A DNA stretch of 64,000 nt from a bacterium. Lineage in GTDB: Bacteria > Patescibacteriota > UBA1384 > 2-12-FULL-50-11. A model generated the notes under the pieces. It saw only the letters and a program-made list of their open reading frames with translations. It made no database searches and had not been told where the DNA came from. Within the stretch, counting starts at the first letter, position 1; the number at the start of each line of letters is the position of its first letter. The stretch covers positions 139,932 through 203,931 of the forward strand of contig JAJTYJ010000001.1 in NCBI GenBank assembly GCA_021463485.1, read 5' to 3'. The translations under genes were made by a program, and so were the position numbers. This document shows positions 46,898 through 56,202 of this stretch, in pieces.

Positions 46898-49596
46898 TAG
46901 TTTTGTTTTGAATCCATATCCGCCCAATTCGGACCGTACTTAATATCCACTACCAGAGGCACTTTAAGCTCGGCGATCGTACTCATAACCGCTCGGATGT
47001 GTTCACCTGTTTTCTCCACTGCTTTTGCATCAACCTCAAAAAGTAGCTCGTCGTGTATCTGTAATAGCATCGCCGCTTCGCTTGGTAAGCCATCGACAAT
47101 TCTGATCATCGACATCTTCATTAAATCGGCGACTGTTCCTTGGCACGGCATATTAACAGCCATGCGTTCAGCGGCTGAGCGTAGCATCATGTTCGGAGCG
47201 TGTATATCTGGTAAATACCGACGACGACCAAACAGCGTCGAGACGTAGCCTAAATCAGCAGCTTCGCGTTTCTTAGCCTCAATAAACGCCCTAACTCCTG
47301 GGAACGTTGTGAAGTACTTATCAATAAATGTTCTGGCTTCGGTTGACGATATATCTAAGTCGTTCGCTAACGCGTTAGCGCCGAGTCCGTAGATAATACC
47401 GAAATTAATTGCTTTGGCAGAGCGGCGATCAACGCCAAGTTGGGCGGCGACAGCGGCGTGAAAGTCTTCGCCTTGCTGGAAGGCGTCGATGAGACCCGCG
47501 TCTTCTGAGAGATGCGCCAGCACTCTAAGCTCGGCCTGTGAGTAATCGGCTCCGAGTAGCACTTTACCGGGCGCAGCGACAAACGCCCGCCGAACGCGGT
47601 TACCGAGTTCGGTTCGGATCGGGATATTTTGCAAGTTCGGCTCAGTTGAGGCTAACCGGCCGGTAGCAGCACCGATTTGGACAAACGAGGTATGGATACG
47701 GCCGTGCTCGTCGGTTTGTTCGGGTAACGTCTCAACGTAAGTGTTAAGTAGTTTTGCTAACTCTCGGTACTCTAGGATTTTTTGAATAATCGGGTGCGCG
47801 CCTTTAAGCTTGGTTAGCGAATCGGCGTCGGTTGAGTAACCGGACTTGATTTTTTTGATGCCGGTGGCTGGCAACTTTAGGTTGGTGAATAATACCTGCT
47901 GCAACTGAGCAGGGGAGGCGATATTAAACTCCCTGCCGGCGAGTTCGTGTGTTTTCTTTTCGATCGATCGCAAGTCCTCTCGTAATTTCTCCCCCAAACT
48001 TCTTAAGTACTCTCGATCGAGTTGGATACCGACGCGTTCCATCTTTTCCAAAATCGGCAGCAGCGGCATTTCGATCTCATAAAATACGCGTTTAATCGAC
48101 GGCTCTTCTAGGCTCGGCATAAGCTTATCGAACAGCCGCCAAGTAACAATTACGTCTTCGCAAGCGTAGGCCGCCAAATCGTTAACCGGTGCCTCGGTCA
48201 TAACCAAACCCTTATCACCCTTTATTAGTAGTTGTGATGTGGGAATTTTTTTGAAGCCAAGCTCCGAGAACGCCAGCGCATCAAGTCCGTGGCTGTAGAG
48301 CTGGGTGTTCACTAACTGCGACGCGATCATCGTGTCAGCCCAAATGTTCTCTACCTCGAACCCTGAACGCGCTAGCGCTGTCAGATCGTACTTAATATTA
48401 TGGCCAACCTTCTTTATCGCCGGGTTGCCGAGAATCTGCTGGACTGTCGTTCGTACTGTTTCGATGTCGAGACCGTCTTTGTAGGCTGGGGCGAGTGGCA
48501 AGTAGGCAGCGTCAGTAGCGCTCCAGCAAAAGGCAATGCCTATCAGCTCACCGTTAACGTCAACTGTTTCGGTGTCAATAACCAGCAACGGCTGCTTATT
48601 GAGAAACACGGCCAGCTCGTACCAACGCTTAATTGTAGTTACTGCCTCCCACGGCAGCGTTGGCTCAACCTTCACTGCTTCTCGCTTGGTACTGGTTGAG
48701 CTAAACAGCTCTACTTGAACTGATTGCGCCGATTGCGGCAGTTTACTGAGAAGCGACTTAAAATCTAGTTCATGAAAGAGCGTGACTACTTTTGAGAAAT
48801 CAAAGTTCGCGATATCAGCCGCCTCAAGATCTAAGTCGATCTCAAGATCGCACTTTATCTGAGCTAGCTCTTTACTCATATACACCTGGGACTTGTTATC
48901 GGTGAGTATTTGTTTAGTGCGTTCTTTGAGTTCGTTTAGATGCGCGTAGACGTTATCAAGCGTCTGATACTTTTCGAGAAGCTCGATAGCCGTTTTCGGT
49001 CCGATGCCCGGTGCGCCTGGGATATTGTCTGACGAGTCGCCGGCGAGCGCCTTATAGTCGACGATCTGCTCGGGATACACACCCATTTTTTCTTTTACAG
49101 TTGTTCGATTGTATGTAAGTGTATCAGTCACCCCTCGTCGCAAGCTGTAGACACTCGTTGAGTCGTTCACAAGCTGCAACGCGTCGTTGTCGCCGGTTAC
49201 GATCACCGATTGAATACCTTTCTTCGCAGCGATCTTAGTAAGCGACCCAACTAAGTCATCTGCTTCAACACCTTTCTGACCAAATAGCGGGATATTCAGC
49301 ACTTCAACGATCTCACGAACCCGAGGGATTTGGAGTGTTAATGCTTCGTCTGTTTCTTTACGGTGTGCTTTATAGCCATCAAAGATTTTATTGCGAAACG
49401 TTTCGCGCCCGACATCAAAACATGCCACGACGTAATCCGGCTTTTCGTCTTTGATCGCTTTTAGGAGCGTACTAGCGAATCCGAATACAGCGTTTACCTG
49501 TTCGCCTTTCGGCGTCGTTAACGGCGGGAGAGCGTGGTAGGAGCGGTGAATTAGGGCGTTCGAGTCTAATAGTAGGATTTTCGGTACTCGGCTCAT
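46897..49596 (-). CDS. polA: DNA polymerase I
   Basis: 5'-3' exonuclease domain (LLLDSNALIHRSYHAL), 3'-5' exonuclease-like domain, polymerase motifs A (DYSQAELR) and B (RRSAKAINFGIIYG), motif C QIHDEL. Confidence 0.95.
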   Translation of the reverse strand: MSRVPKILLLDSNALIHRSYHALPPLTTPKGEQVNAVFGFASTLLKAIKDEKPDYVVACFDVGRETFRNKIFDGYKAHRKETDEALTLQIPRVREIVEVLNIPLFGQKGVEADDLVGSLTKIAAKKGIQSVIVTGDNDALQLVNDSTSVYSLRRGVTDTLTYNRTTVKEKMGVYPEQIVDYKALAGDSSDNIPGAPGIGPKTAIELLEKYQTLDNVYAHLNELKERTKQILTDNKSQVYMSKELAQIKCDLEIDLDLEAADIANFDFSKVVTLFHELDFKSLLSKLPQSAQSVQVELFSSTSTKREAVKVEPTLPWEAVTTIKRWYELAVFLNKQPLLVIDTETVDVNGELIGIAFCWSATDAAYLPLAPAYKDGLDIETVRTTVQQILGNPAIKKVGHNIKYDLTALARSGFEVENIWADTMIASQLVNTQLYSHGLDALAFSELGFKKIPTSQLLIKGDKGLVMTEAPVNDLAAYACEDVIVTWRLFDKLMPSLEEPSIKRVFYEIEMPLLPILEKMERVGIQLDREYLRSLGEKLREDLRSIEKKTHELAGREFNIASPAQLQQVLFTNLKLPATGIKKIKSGYSTDADSLTKLKGAHPIIQKILEYRELAKLLNTYVETLPEQTDEHGRIHTSFVQIGAATGRLASTEPNLQNIPIRTELGNRVRRAFVAAPGKVLLGADYSQAELRVLAHLSEDAGLIDAFQQGEDFHAAVAAQLGVDRRSAKAINFGIIYGLGANALANDLDISSTEARTFIDKYFTTFPGVRAFIEAKKREAADLGYVSTLFGRRRYLPDIHAPNMMLRSAAERMAVNMPCQGTVADLMKMSMIRIVDGLPSEAAMLLQIHDELLFEVDAKAVEKTGEHIRAVMSTIAELKVPLVVDIKYGPNWADMDSKQN

Positions 49597-49614
49597 GTGC
49601 CGAGTATACCAACT

Positions 49615-50961
49615 TTAACGGACTTGGTATTTAACCAATAGCTCTTCAAGAACGGCTTTATCGCTCCACGGCACCAATCTATCACCGACAGCCATAACTT
49701 TTTCGGCGCCCTTACCAGTAACTAGGACAACGTCTTGCGGCCTCGCCATCGAGAGTGCCTTAGCGATCGCTTCACGACGATCTAGTATCCTCCACCACCA
49801 AATGTCCTCGCCGGAGTCTTTGTATTTGAACGGCACCTCAGATTCTTTATTAACTTTCATCCGACCACCGCGGTTCGGTCGCCCGCGCGGAACGCCGGCG
49901 GCAACGGCATCGATAATATCGCCCGGGTCTTCGTCGTACGGATCCTCGTTAGTTAAAATTACAAAGTCTGCGTATTTACCTGCAAGCGCCCCCAGAATCG
50001 GTCGCTTAGTTTTATCGCGTCTGCCGGTTGCACCAAGTACTGAGATCAGTTTGCCTCGAACAGTTGGTTTAATCGTTTCGTAAACCTTTTGCAGCGCGTC
50101 CGGGGTGTGAGCGTAGTCAACGATAACGGTAAACGGCTGACCGACTTCGATTACTTCCATCCGTCCCGGAATCGGTCGGATATTGCGCAGTCCTTCAATT
50201 ACGTCTTCGATACTGATGTTAAGCCCGATACCGACCGTCGCTGCCGCTAACGCGTTATAGACGTTAAACATTCCCGGTAACGGCAGGTTAAGTGCCGCCT
50301 GGCGCTGGCCGACCACCAAGATAAAGTCTGTCCCACCCGGTCTGGTTAGTACTTTTTTGGCAGCGATAAGCGAGCTGTGTTTTAGACCGTAGGTCAGCAG
50401 ATGGTCTGCGGGATACTTAGCGAACTCCTGAAAAGCCGGGTCGTCGCTATTAACAACCGAGAAGACCGGATGGCTGGCAAATAGCGCTTCTTTAGCAAGC
50501 CGGTACTGCTCCATCGTTTTATGATAATCGAGGTGATCGTGAGTAAGATTAGTAAAAACAGTCGTGTGAAAATCAATCCCCAAGAGCCGATGTTGATCGA
50601 GCGCAATTGAGGTCACTTCAATAACCGCGTCCTGACAACCGGCATCAACCATCTGCCGAAGCATTTTTTGCAGTAAAAACGGGCTGACGGTCGTCATCTT
50701 TAGATTATTCTCGAATCGACTCTCGCCAACCTGGAAGTTAATAGTCGTGGTCATCCCTACTTTCCGCCCCGAGGCTTCGAGCACTGCGGTAATCATATGA
50801 CACGTCGTAGTCTTGCCATTTGTCCCGGTTACACCGATCACTCTCAGCTGTCGTGACGGAAACCGATATAGCACGTTAGCCAGAATCGCCGTGGCTAAGT
50901 GGTAGTAGTTAATGGTTTTTTGCGAGAAGACCTTTCGACCGAGTTTTTTGAGTATATTCAT
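49615..50961 (-). CDS. Mur ligase family protein (MurE-like UDP-N-acetylmuramoyl-tripeptide ligase; short N-terminal domain)
   Basis: P-loop IGVTGTNGKTTT at residue ~45, Mur ligase middle and C-terminal domains. Confidence 0.75.
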   Translation of the reverse strand: MNILKKLGRKVFSQKTINYYHLATAILANVLYRFPSRQLRVIGVTGTNGKTTTCHMITAVLEASGRKVGMTTTINFQVGESRFENNLKMTTVSPFLLQKMLRQMVDAGCQDAVIEVTSIALDQHRLLGIDFHTTVFTNLTHDHLDYHKTMEQYRLAKEALFASHPVFSVVNSDDPAFQEFAKYPADHLLTYGLKHSSLIAAKKVLTRPGGTDFILVVGQRQAALNLPLPGMFNVYNALAAATVGIGLNISIEDVIEGLRNIRPIPGRMEVIEVGQPFTVIVDYAHTPDALQKVYETIKPTVRGKLISVLGATGRRDKTKRPILGALAGKYADFVILTNEDPYDEDPGDIIDAVAAGVPRGRPNRGGRMKVNKESEVPFKYKDSGEDIWWWRILDRREAIAKALSMARPQDVVLVTGKGAEKVMAVGDRLVPWSDKAVLEELLVKYQVR

Positions 50962-50970
50962 CGTTATTAG

Positions 50971-51879
50971 CTAGCGCAGCGCCTGTCTGCGTCGACGCTC
51001 TGCGAACTGGTATACGGTATACCAAAACGGTTTGCGGATAAAGTCCCAACTCCCGAGTAATCGCACCGACTCGCCTCCAAACTGCGTTTTAAAACGGGTG
51101 AGACTGGCGTAAGAATGGTTCGGTCTGTCTGGCGGAGCGATCGCTAATAAGTCGTAAATCCGACAACCCCTCTCTCTCGAGCGTTTCATCGCCGCCCAGT
51201 GCATTAGATACGGAGCCATTAAGTTTCGATCGCCGCCCGACGCTCCGTACAGAAAACTACCGGCGCCGCCCCAGTACAAAAATATCCCGGCAGAAAGCGC
51301 CGTACCGTTCTTTGAAACAACGAGCACCTCGCCGACGCCTTCTTTGGCTAAAAGCTTAACTAGCCCCTCAAAGTAACCGAGCTCGCGACCCTGGAACCGG
51401 TTTCGCTCCGATGTCTGTTGATACAGGCCGAAAAACTGTCCGACGGCCGATCGGTCGGTTGAAAAGTGTATTTGCAGATGATTGCGCTCAGCGACCTTGA
51501 TGTTATAGCGACCTTTCGGTTTCATCTCACTTAAAAGTTCCTCGTCGGACCTATCAAGATGAATCCACTGTCGGTATTCTGGCTGTACTTCCTCAAACGA
51601 CTTTCTCAGGCCGATGCCTTGCAGTTTCTCTACCGTCTCTGGCGAGTATCGTTCGAGAAATTCAAATCGAGTGAATATATCTGGTACCGCAGCCGCGCAC
51701 TCAGCCTTAACTTCCTGCAGTACTTCTTGAGAATAAGGCAGTTCCGGCCAGTACTCGAGCGATAGACCGAGCGGTAACTCCTTACGCAGGGCTAAGTGCT
51801 CGCCAACACGTCGCGGTCGCCAGCCACTTTTTTGCTTAAAATTCGCCCAAGCATCAGTCTGAAAGAAGGATGTAATCAC
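50971..51879 (-). CDS. FemAB-family peptidoglycan interpeptide-bridge aminoacyltransferase-like protein; apparent GTG start
   Basis: Length and C-terminal region MAPYLMHWAAMKRSRERGCRIYDL resemble FemAB/FemX; the first in-frame start is GTG at 51879. Confidence 0.6.
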   Translation of the reverse strand: MITSFFQTDAWANFKQKSGWRPRRVGEHLALRKELPLGLSLEYWPELPYSQEVLQEVKAECAAAVPDIFTRFEFLERYSPETVEKLQGIGLRKSFEEVQPEYRQWIHLDRSDEELLSEMKPKGRYNIKVAERNHLQIHFSTDRSAVGQFFGLYQQTSERNRFQGRELGYFEGLVKLLAKEGVGEVLVVSKNGTALSAGIFLYWGGAGSFLYGASGGDRNLMAPYLMHWAAMKRSRERGCRIYDLLAIAPPDRPNHSYASLTRFKTQFGGESVRLLGSWDFIRKPFWYTVYQFAERRRRQALR

Positions 51880-51930
51880 CTTATTAGTATACCCTGCCCG
51901 AAACAGGCTAATCCAGGTAAAATATAAGGG

Positions 51931-52017
51931 ATGAAGATACTTGCCATCGAAACTAGTTGTGACGCTTGCGAATCGTCCGAAGGACGCGGGAACATCCCGA
52001 GCAGGAGAATACCATGA
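51931..52017 (+). other. 28-codon upstream ORF whose first 11 codons (MKILAIETSCD) duplicate the tsaD N-terminus; its TGA overlaps the tsaD ATG (ATGA) and its 3' end carries the tsaD SD (AGGAG)
   Basis: Read directly: copy atgaagatacttgccatcgaaactagttgtgac versus tsaD atgaaaatactagccattgagacctcctgcgac; every difference is synonymous, including an AGT-to-TCC Ser codon-family switch. Confidence 0.5.
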
Positions 52018-53027
52018 AAATACTAGCCATTGAGACCTCCTGCGACGAAACAGCGGCAGCGATCGTTGAAGATCAAAATTACCGTCCGGTTGTACTAAGC
52101 GAAGTAGTCGCGTCTCAGATGGAGGTTCACGCCGAAACTGGTGGCGTCGTTCCCAATATCGCCGCTCGTCTTCACACTGAAGCTCTGCCGCAAGTACTCG
52201 CTCAGGTCACCAATAAGAAACGGCTGGACTTTGATGCCGTCGCTGTAACTGTTGGCCCGGGGCTAATCGGCTCGCTACTAGTGGGGGTTGCTGCGGCCAA
52301 AAGTATCGCTATGAGCAAAGACCTACCGTTTTTCGCGATTAATCACCTCGAAGGACATATTTACTCGGCTTGGCTTAACGAACAGTTGCCAGAGTTGCCG
52401 GCGATTATTGTGATAGTTTCTGGCGGTCACACCGAACTTGTCTTAATGGAACGACACGGAGTTTATCAGCACCTCGGCTCAACTCGCGACGACGCCGCCG
52501 GCGAGGCCTTCGATAAGGTTGCCAGACTACTCGAGCTAGGGTACCCGGGTGGACCGGAAATCGCGAAACTGGCGCTTCACGGCGCTCGTGACGCTTACCA
52601 ATTCCCAATCGGACTCGACGAGCGCGACAGTCTAGAGTTTTCGTTTAGCGGTCTAAAGGCATCTGTTTATTCGCTCCTTCAAAAGTTACCCACACCGCTA
52701 CCAGAGCATACAAAAGCCGATATTGCAGCCAGTTTTGAGCATACCGTTGCAGCTACGATCGCTCGCAAAACCGTAACAGCAGTCGGCCACTACCCAGGAT
52801 TACGCTCGGTCTGTTTGGTTGGCGGGGTCGCAGCCAATCGCTATTTGCGAACCTATCTCGAACAAACACTCAACCAGCGTCGACCGGACGTTCGCTTCTC
52901 GATCGCACCGCTCAACTACTGCACCGACAACGCAGCGATGATTGGAGCAGCGGCTGTCTATCACCATCTTTTTGGTAAACCTGATTCTTGGTATGCTAGT
53001 CAGGCTAATCCAAGCCTAGAGCTCTGA
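52014..53027 (+). CDS. tsaD: tRNA N6-adenosine threonylcarbamoyltransferase TsaD (Kae1/Gcp family)
   Basis: MKILAIETSCDETAAAIV N-terminus, HxEGH metal site (NHLEGH), C-terminal SGGVAAN; its stop overlaps the valS ATG. Confidence 0.9.
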   Translation: MKILAIETSCDETAAAIVEDQNYRPVVLSEVVASQMEVHAETGGVVPNIAARLHTEALPQVLAQVTNKKRLDFDAVAVTVGPGLIGSLLVGVAAAKSIAMSKDLPFFAINHLEGHIYSAWLNEQLPELPAIIVIVSGGHTELVLMERHGVYQHLGSTRDDAAGEAFDKVARLLELGYPGGPEIAKLALHGARDAYQFPIGLDERDSLEFSFSGLKASVYSLLQKLPTPLPEHTKADIAASFEHTVAATIARKTVTAVGHYPGLRSVCLVGGVAANRYLRTYLEQTLNQRRPDVRFSIAPLNYCTDNAAMIGAAAVYHHLFGKPDSWYASQANPSLEL

Positions 53028-55111
53028 TGAAAGAAATACCAACTCGCTACGACCACACCACCGAGCCTGCAACCTACGACGAGTGGGAGAAGTCTGGATT
53101 GTTCTCGCCGAAAGGCAAGGGTGAACCGTTTAGTATGATCATGCCACCGCCTAACGTTACCGGCGACCTCCACCTCGGTCACGGTTTAACTTATGCAGTT
53201 CACGATACCATTGCCCGCTACCAACGACGTCTCGGTAAAGACGTTCTAATTCTGCCGGGTGCCGACCACGCAGCGATTGCCGTTCAGGCCCTAGTCGAAA
53301 AGAAAGTCCAAAAAGAGCAGGGTATGAGCCGAACACAACTAGGTAAAGAAAAGTTCCTCGAAGAAGTTTGGAAATGGATCGAGTATTACATGCCTCGTAT
53401 GAAAGTATCACTTCGTCGATTTGGCCTATCGGCCGACTGGACTAAATTTCGTTTTACGATGGACGAGCACTCCCAATACGCCGTTCAGACAGCGTTTATC
53501 GAGCTCTATAAAAAGGATTTGATCTATCGGGGCAATTATCTGGTTAACTGGGACCCAAAACTACAAACCGCTATTTCCGACGATGAAGTTGTCTATCAAG
53601 AAGTGCCCGGTAAGCTGTATTGGATAAAATACGGGCCGATTACGTTGGCAACCGTTAGACCCGAGACAAAATTCGGCGACACCGCCATTGCCGTTCACCC
53701 AGAAGATCATCGCTACAAAAAATACGTCGGAACAGAAATTGAAGTAACACTGGTAACCGGCGAGAAGAAGAAAATCCCCGTTGTCGCCGACGAAGCCGTC
53801 GACCCCGAGTTTGGCACCGGCGCGGTTAAAGTTACACCGGCTCATGACCCGGCCGATTTTGAGATTGCTAAGCGCCACAATCTGCCGGCGATCGAAGTGA
53901 TTGACCAGTACGGCAAACTCACGGCCGTTGCCGGTGAGTTTGTTGGCCTTAAAGCCAGCGACGCTCGTGAAATCGTAGCGAAAAAATTAGAAGAGATGGG
54001 CCTTCTCGAAAAAACAGAAGACTACACGATCCGCCAACCGATTAGTGAACGAAGCGGTGCCGTCATCGAGCCACGTCTTTCGACGCAGTGGTTCATGAAA
54101 ACAACAGAACTAAAGAAAGAGGCGCTAGCGGTCGTTCGATCAGGTAAAATTACGTTTTTCCCAAAGAGTATTGAGAAAACGTATGAACACTGGCTAAGCA
54201 ACCTCCACGACTGGTGTATCTCACGTCAGCTCTGGTGGGGACACCCTATCCCAGCATACTACGACGAGAAAGGTAACATTTTCGTAGCTGATTCGCTCGA
54301 GTCAGCCCAAAAAGAAGCTGGCAAAGACGTCAAATTAACTGCCGATCAAGATGTTCTCGATACCTGGTTCTCGTCAGGGCTCTGGCCGTTCTCAACGCTC
54401 GGCTGGCCGAACGCTGAGGCACCAGATCTAAAACGGTACTTTCCTACTAGCCTACTAGAAACCGGCACAGATATTCTTTTCTTTTGGGTGGCCCGGATGA
54501 TTATCTTGAGTCTTGCCTTGCAAAAAGAAGTGCCCTTCAAGCAAGTCTACTTTCACGGTCTTATTTTGGACGAAGACGGTAAAAAAATGAGTAAAAGTAA
54601 GGGTAATGTTCTTGACCCGCTGATACTTATTGATAAATACGGCGCTGATGCGTTCCGGATGAGCGTAATCGGTGGCAATTCGGTCGGACAGCCGCAAAGA
54701 TACTCCGAACAAAAGATCATTAAGTATCGAAATTTTGTTACAAAAGTGTGGAACGCAGCACGGTTTGTGGCTATAACCGCCGACAACACTAAACCAGTAA
54801 AGCCAACTAAACTCGACCGAACTGAAACCGAGTTTTGCCAAAAACTAGAGCGTCTAACTCAAGACAACCAAAAGTTCTTCGCTAACTACCAACTCGGAGT
54901 GGCGTTAGAAGAATTGTACGAGTTTTTCTGGCACGAATTCGCCGATAAACTAATCGAATATGAGAAGAAAGTGATCCAAGAAACTACCGACGTCGAGCGA
55001 GCCAAGGAGGCCAAAGCCTTCTTAAGTTGGGCGCTGCAAGAACAGCTACCGCTCCTTTCCGACTTTGCGCCGTTTCTTGTTGATCGCATCAAGAAGGAGA
55101 TGTTTCAATGA
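53027..55111 (+). CDS. valS: Valine--tRNA ligase (short form, no long C-terminal coiled coil)
   Basis: Class I HIGH region PPPNVTGDLHLGHG (ValRS-type), CP1 editing domain, WCISRQLWWGHPIP, KMSKS (KKMSKSKGNV). Confidence 0.85.
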   Translation: MKEIPTRYDHTTEPATYDEWEKSGLFSPKGKGEPFSMIMPPPNVTGDLHLGHGLTYAVHDTIARYQRRLGKDVLILPGADHAAIAVQALVEKKVQKEQGMSRTQLGKEKFLEEVWKWIEYYMPRMKVSLRRFGLSADWTKFRFTMDEHSQYAVQTAFIELYKKDLIYRGNYLVNWDPKLQTAISDDEVVYQEVPGKLYWIKYGPITLATVRPETKFGDTAIAVHPEDHRYKKYVGTEIEVTLVTGEKKKIPVVADEAVDPEFGTGAVKVTPAHDPADFEIAKRHNLPAIEVIDQYGKLTAVAGEFVGLKASDAREIVAKKLEEMGLLEKTEDYTIRQPISERSGAVIEPRLSTQWFMKTTELKKEALAVVRSGKITFFPKSIEKTYEHWLSNLHDWCISRQLWWGHPIPAYYDEKGNIFVADSLESAQKEAGKDVKLTADQDVLDTWFSSGLWPFSTLGWPNAEAPDLKRYFPTSLLETGTDILFFWVARMIILSLALQKEVPFKQVYFHGLILDEDGKKMSKSKGNVLDPLILIDKYGADAFRMSVIGGNSVGQPQRYSEQKIIKYRNFVTKVWNAARFVAITADNTKPVKPTKLDRTETEFCQKLERLTQDNQKFFANYQLGVALEELYEFFWHEFADKLIEYEKKVIQETTDVERAKEAKAFLSWALQEQLPLLSDFAPFLVDRIKKEMFQ

Positions 55112-55461
55112 CGCCGAGAGCGTTGTTTTGGATCGGCGCGCTCATCGCCTTTAGCGCAATTGTTAGTTTGTACTCAGCCGAGCGCGCAAAAATTTCCAGA
55201 GAATTACTCCAACAACAAGAACAGTTCCAGCAAGCTCAGGTAGAAAGTATGAAAAATTTTCTACAAGAACAAAAGGACGGCAAAAAACTTATTGGACTTG
55301 CTAAGCGCTTACCGAGCGAAAACGCCGAGTTGATAAAATTGGTGGTGCTACGCGCTTACGAGCTAGAGCCAAATAGTCGAGATATCGCCGTGCTTGCCAG
55401 CGCTTACGACCCCGGCGCTAAGGCTCGGGTTAAAGAGATCGACCCGCTTTACTCCGAATAA
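55108..55461 (+). CDS. Small N-terminally anchored hypothetical protein (117 aa)
   Basis: Its ATG overlaps the valS stop; one TM; no family recognised. Confidence 0.5.
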   Translation: MTPRALFWIGALIAFSAIVSLYSAERAKISRELLQQQEQFQQAQVESMKNFLQEQKDGKKLIGLAKRLPSENAELIKLVVLRAYELEPNSRDIAVLASAYDPGAKARVKEIDPLYSE

Positions 55462-55465
55462 AAAA

Positions 55466-55485
55466 TTGGGCCAAGGTTGGCCCAA
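55466..55485. terminator. Palindrome TTGGGCCAA/TTGGCCCAA between convergent genes; an A/T run on the minus-strand side
   Basis: Read directly; most plausibly terminates the minus-strand gene 55490..56113. Confidence 0.35.
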
Positions 55486-55489
55486 CGAG

Positions 55490-56113
55490 TTATTCCCCCT
55501 TTTGCCAGAGCAGGGGTTTTGCTCTTGTCGTATCGTCCCAGACGTGGAAACGTGCGAGCGCCTCTTTGAAGTCTGCTGCGAACATCGGTTTGCCAGCTGA
55601 GACGGTAAGAGAAATTGGTTGTGCGCTTTTCCAGCCGGTCTGATCACCCCAACAGAGTAGAGTCGCAGTACATCGAGGCGATGTGACGCTCACCGACCAG
55701 TAGGCGCCGGGCCTAACCGTCTCTGTGAGGTACTCAACGGATCGCTGGCTTTCCTGACCGAAAAGACGCAATAGCTCCTCGGGTACCGGGACGCTTTTTG
55801 TGAGCTCTATGAAACCAATATTGAGCTCGGGCTTGGTTCCAGTCCCGCTTTCGACCAGGCTAACCACGAGGTTCTCTCCCTGTGATTTATTAACAGCCAG
55901 ATCCACTGTCTTGAAGCGGTAACGACCAAGCAACGAGTGCAACTCAGAGTTGCGACGAGCTGACGGGGCGTCGGTCTCAACCGGCTTTCCACCAGCTAAC
56001 ACAGCTTCGTTTTTCCCCTGTAGGAAGTCAGCTACTCGCTGCTCTACTAGGGTTGTTGTGGCTTCGCCGAGCGACAAGCCAGACATGACAATTGCGAGTA
56101 ATGCGCTATACAT
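55490..56113 (-). CDS. Secreted hypothetical protein (207 aa)
   Basis: N-terminal signal peptide MYSALLAIVMSGLSLGEA; no homology recognised. Confidence 0.55.
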   Translation of the reverse strand: MYSALLAIVMSGLSLGEATTTLVEQRVADFLQGKNEAVLAGGKPVETDAPSARRNSELHSLLGRYRFKTVDLAVNKSQGENLVVSLVESGTGTKPELNIGFIELTKSVPVPEELLRLFGQESQRSVEYLTETVRPGAYWSVSVTSPRCTATLLCWGDQTGWKSAQPISLTVSAGKPMFAADFKEALARFHVWDDTTRAKPLLWQKGE

Positions 56114-56202
56114 AAAGCACCTCTGTTAATGAACTGGCCACAGTATATCACGAAATCCGGCTAGTTAATTAAAAAATCCTCCGAGAATGCTATGCTAAAG
56201 AT

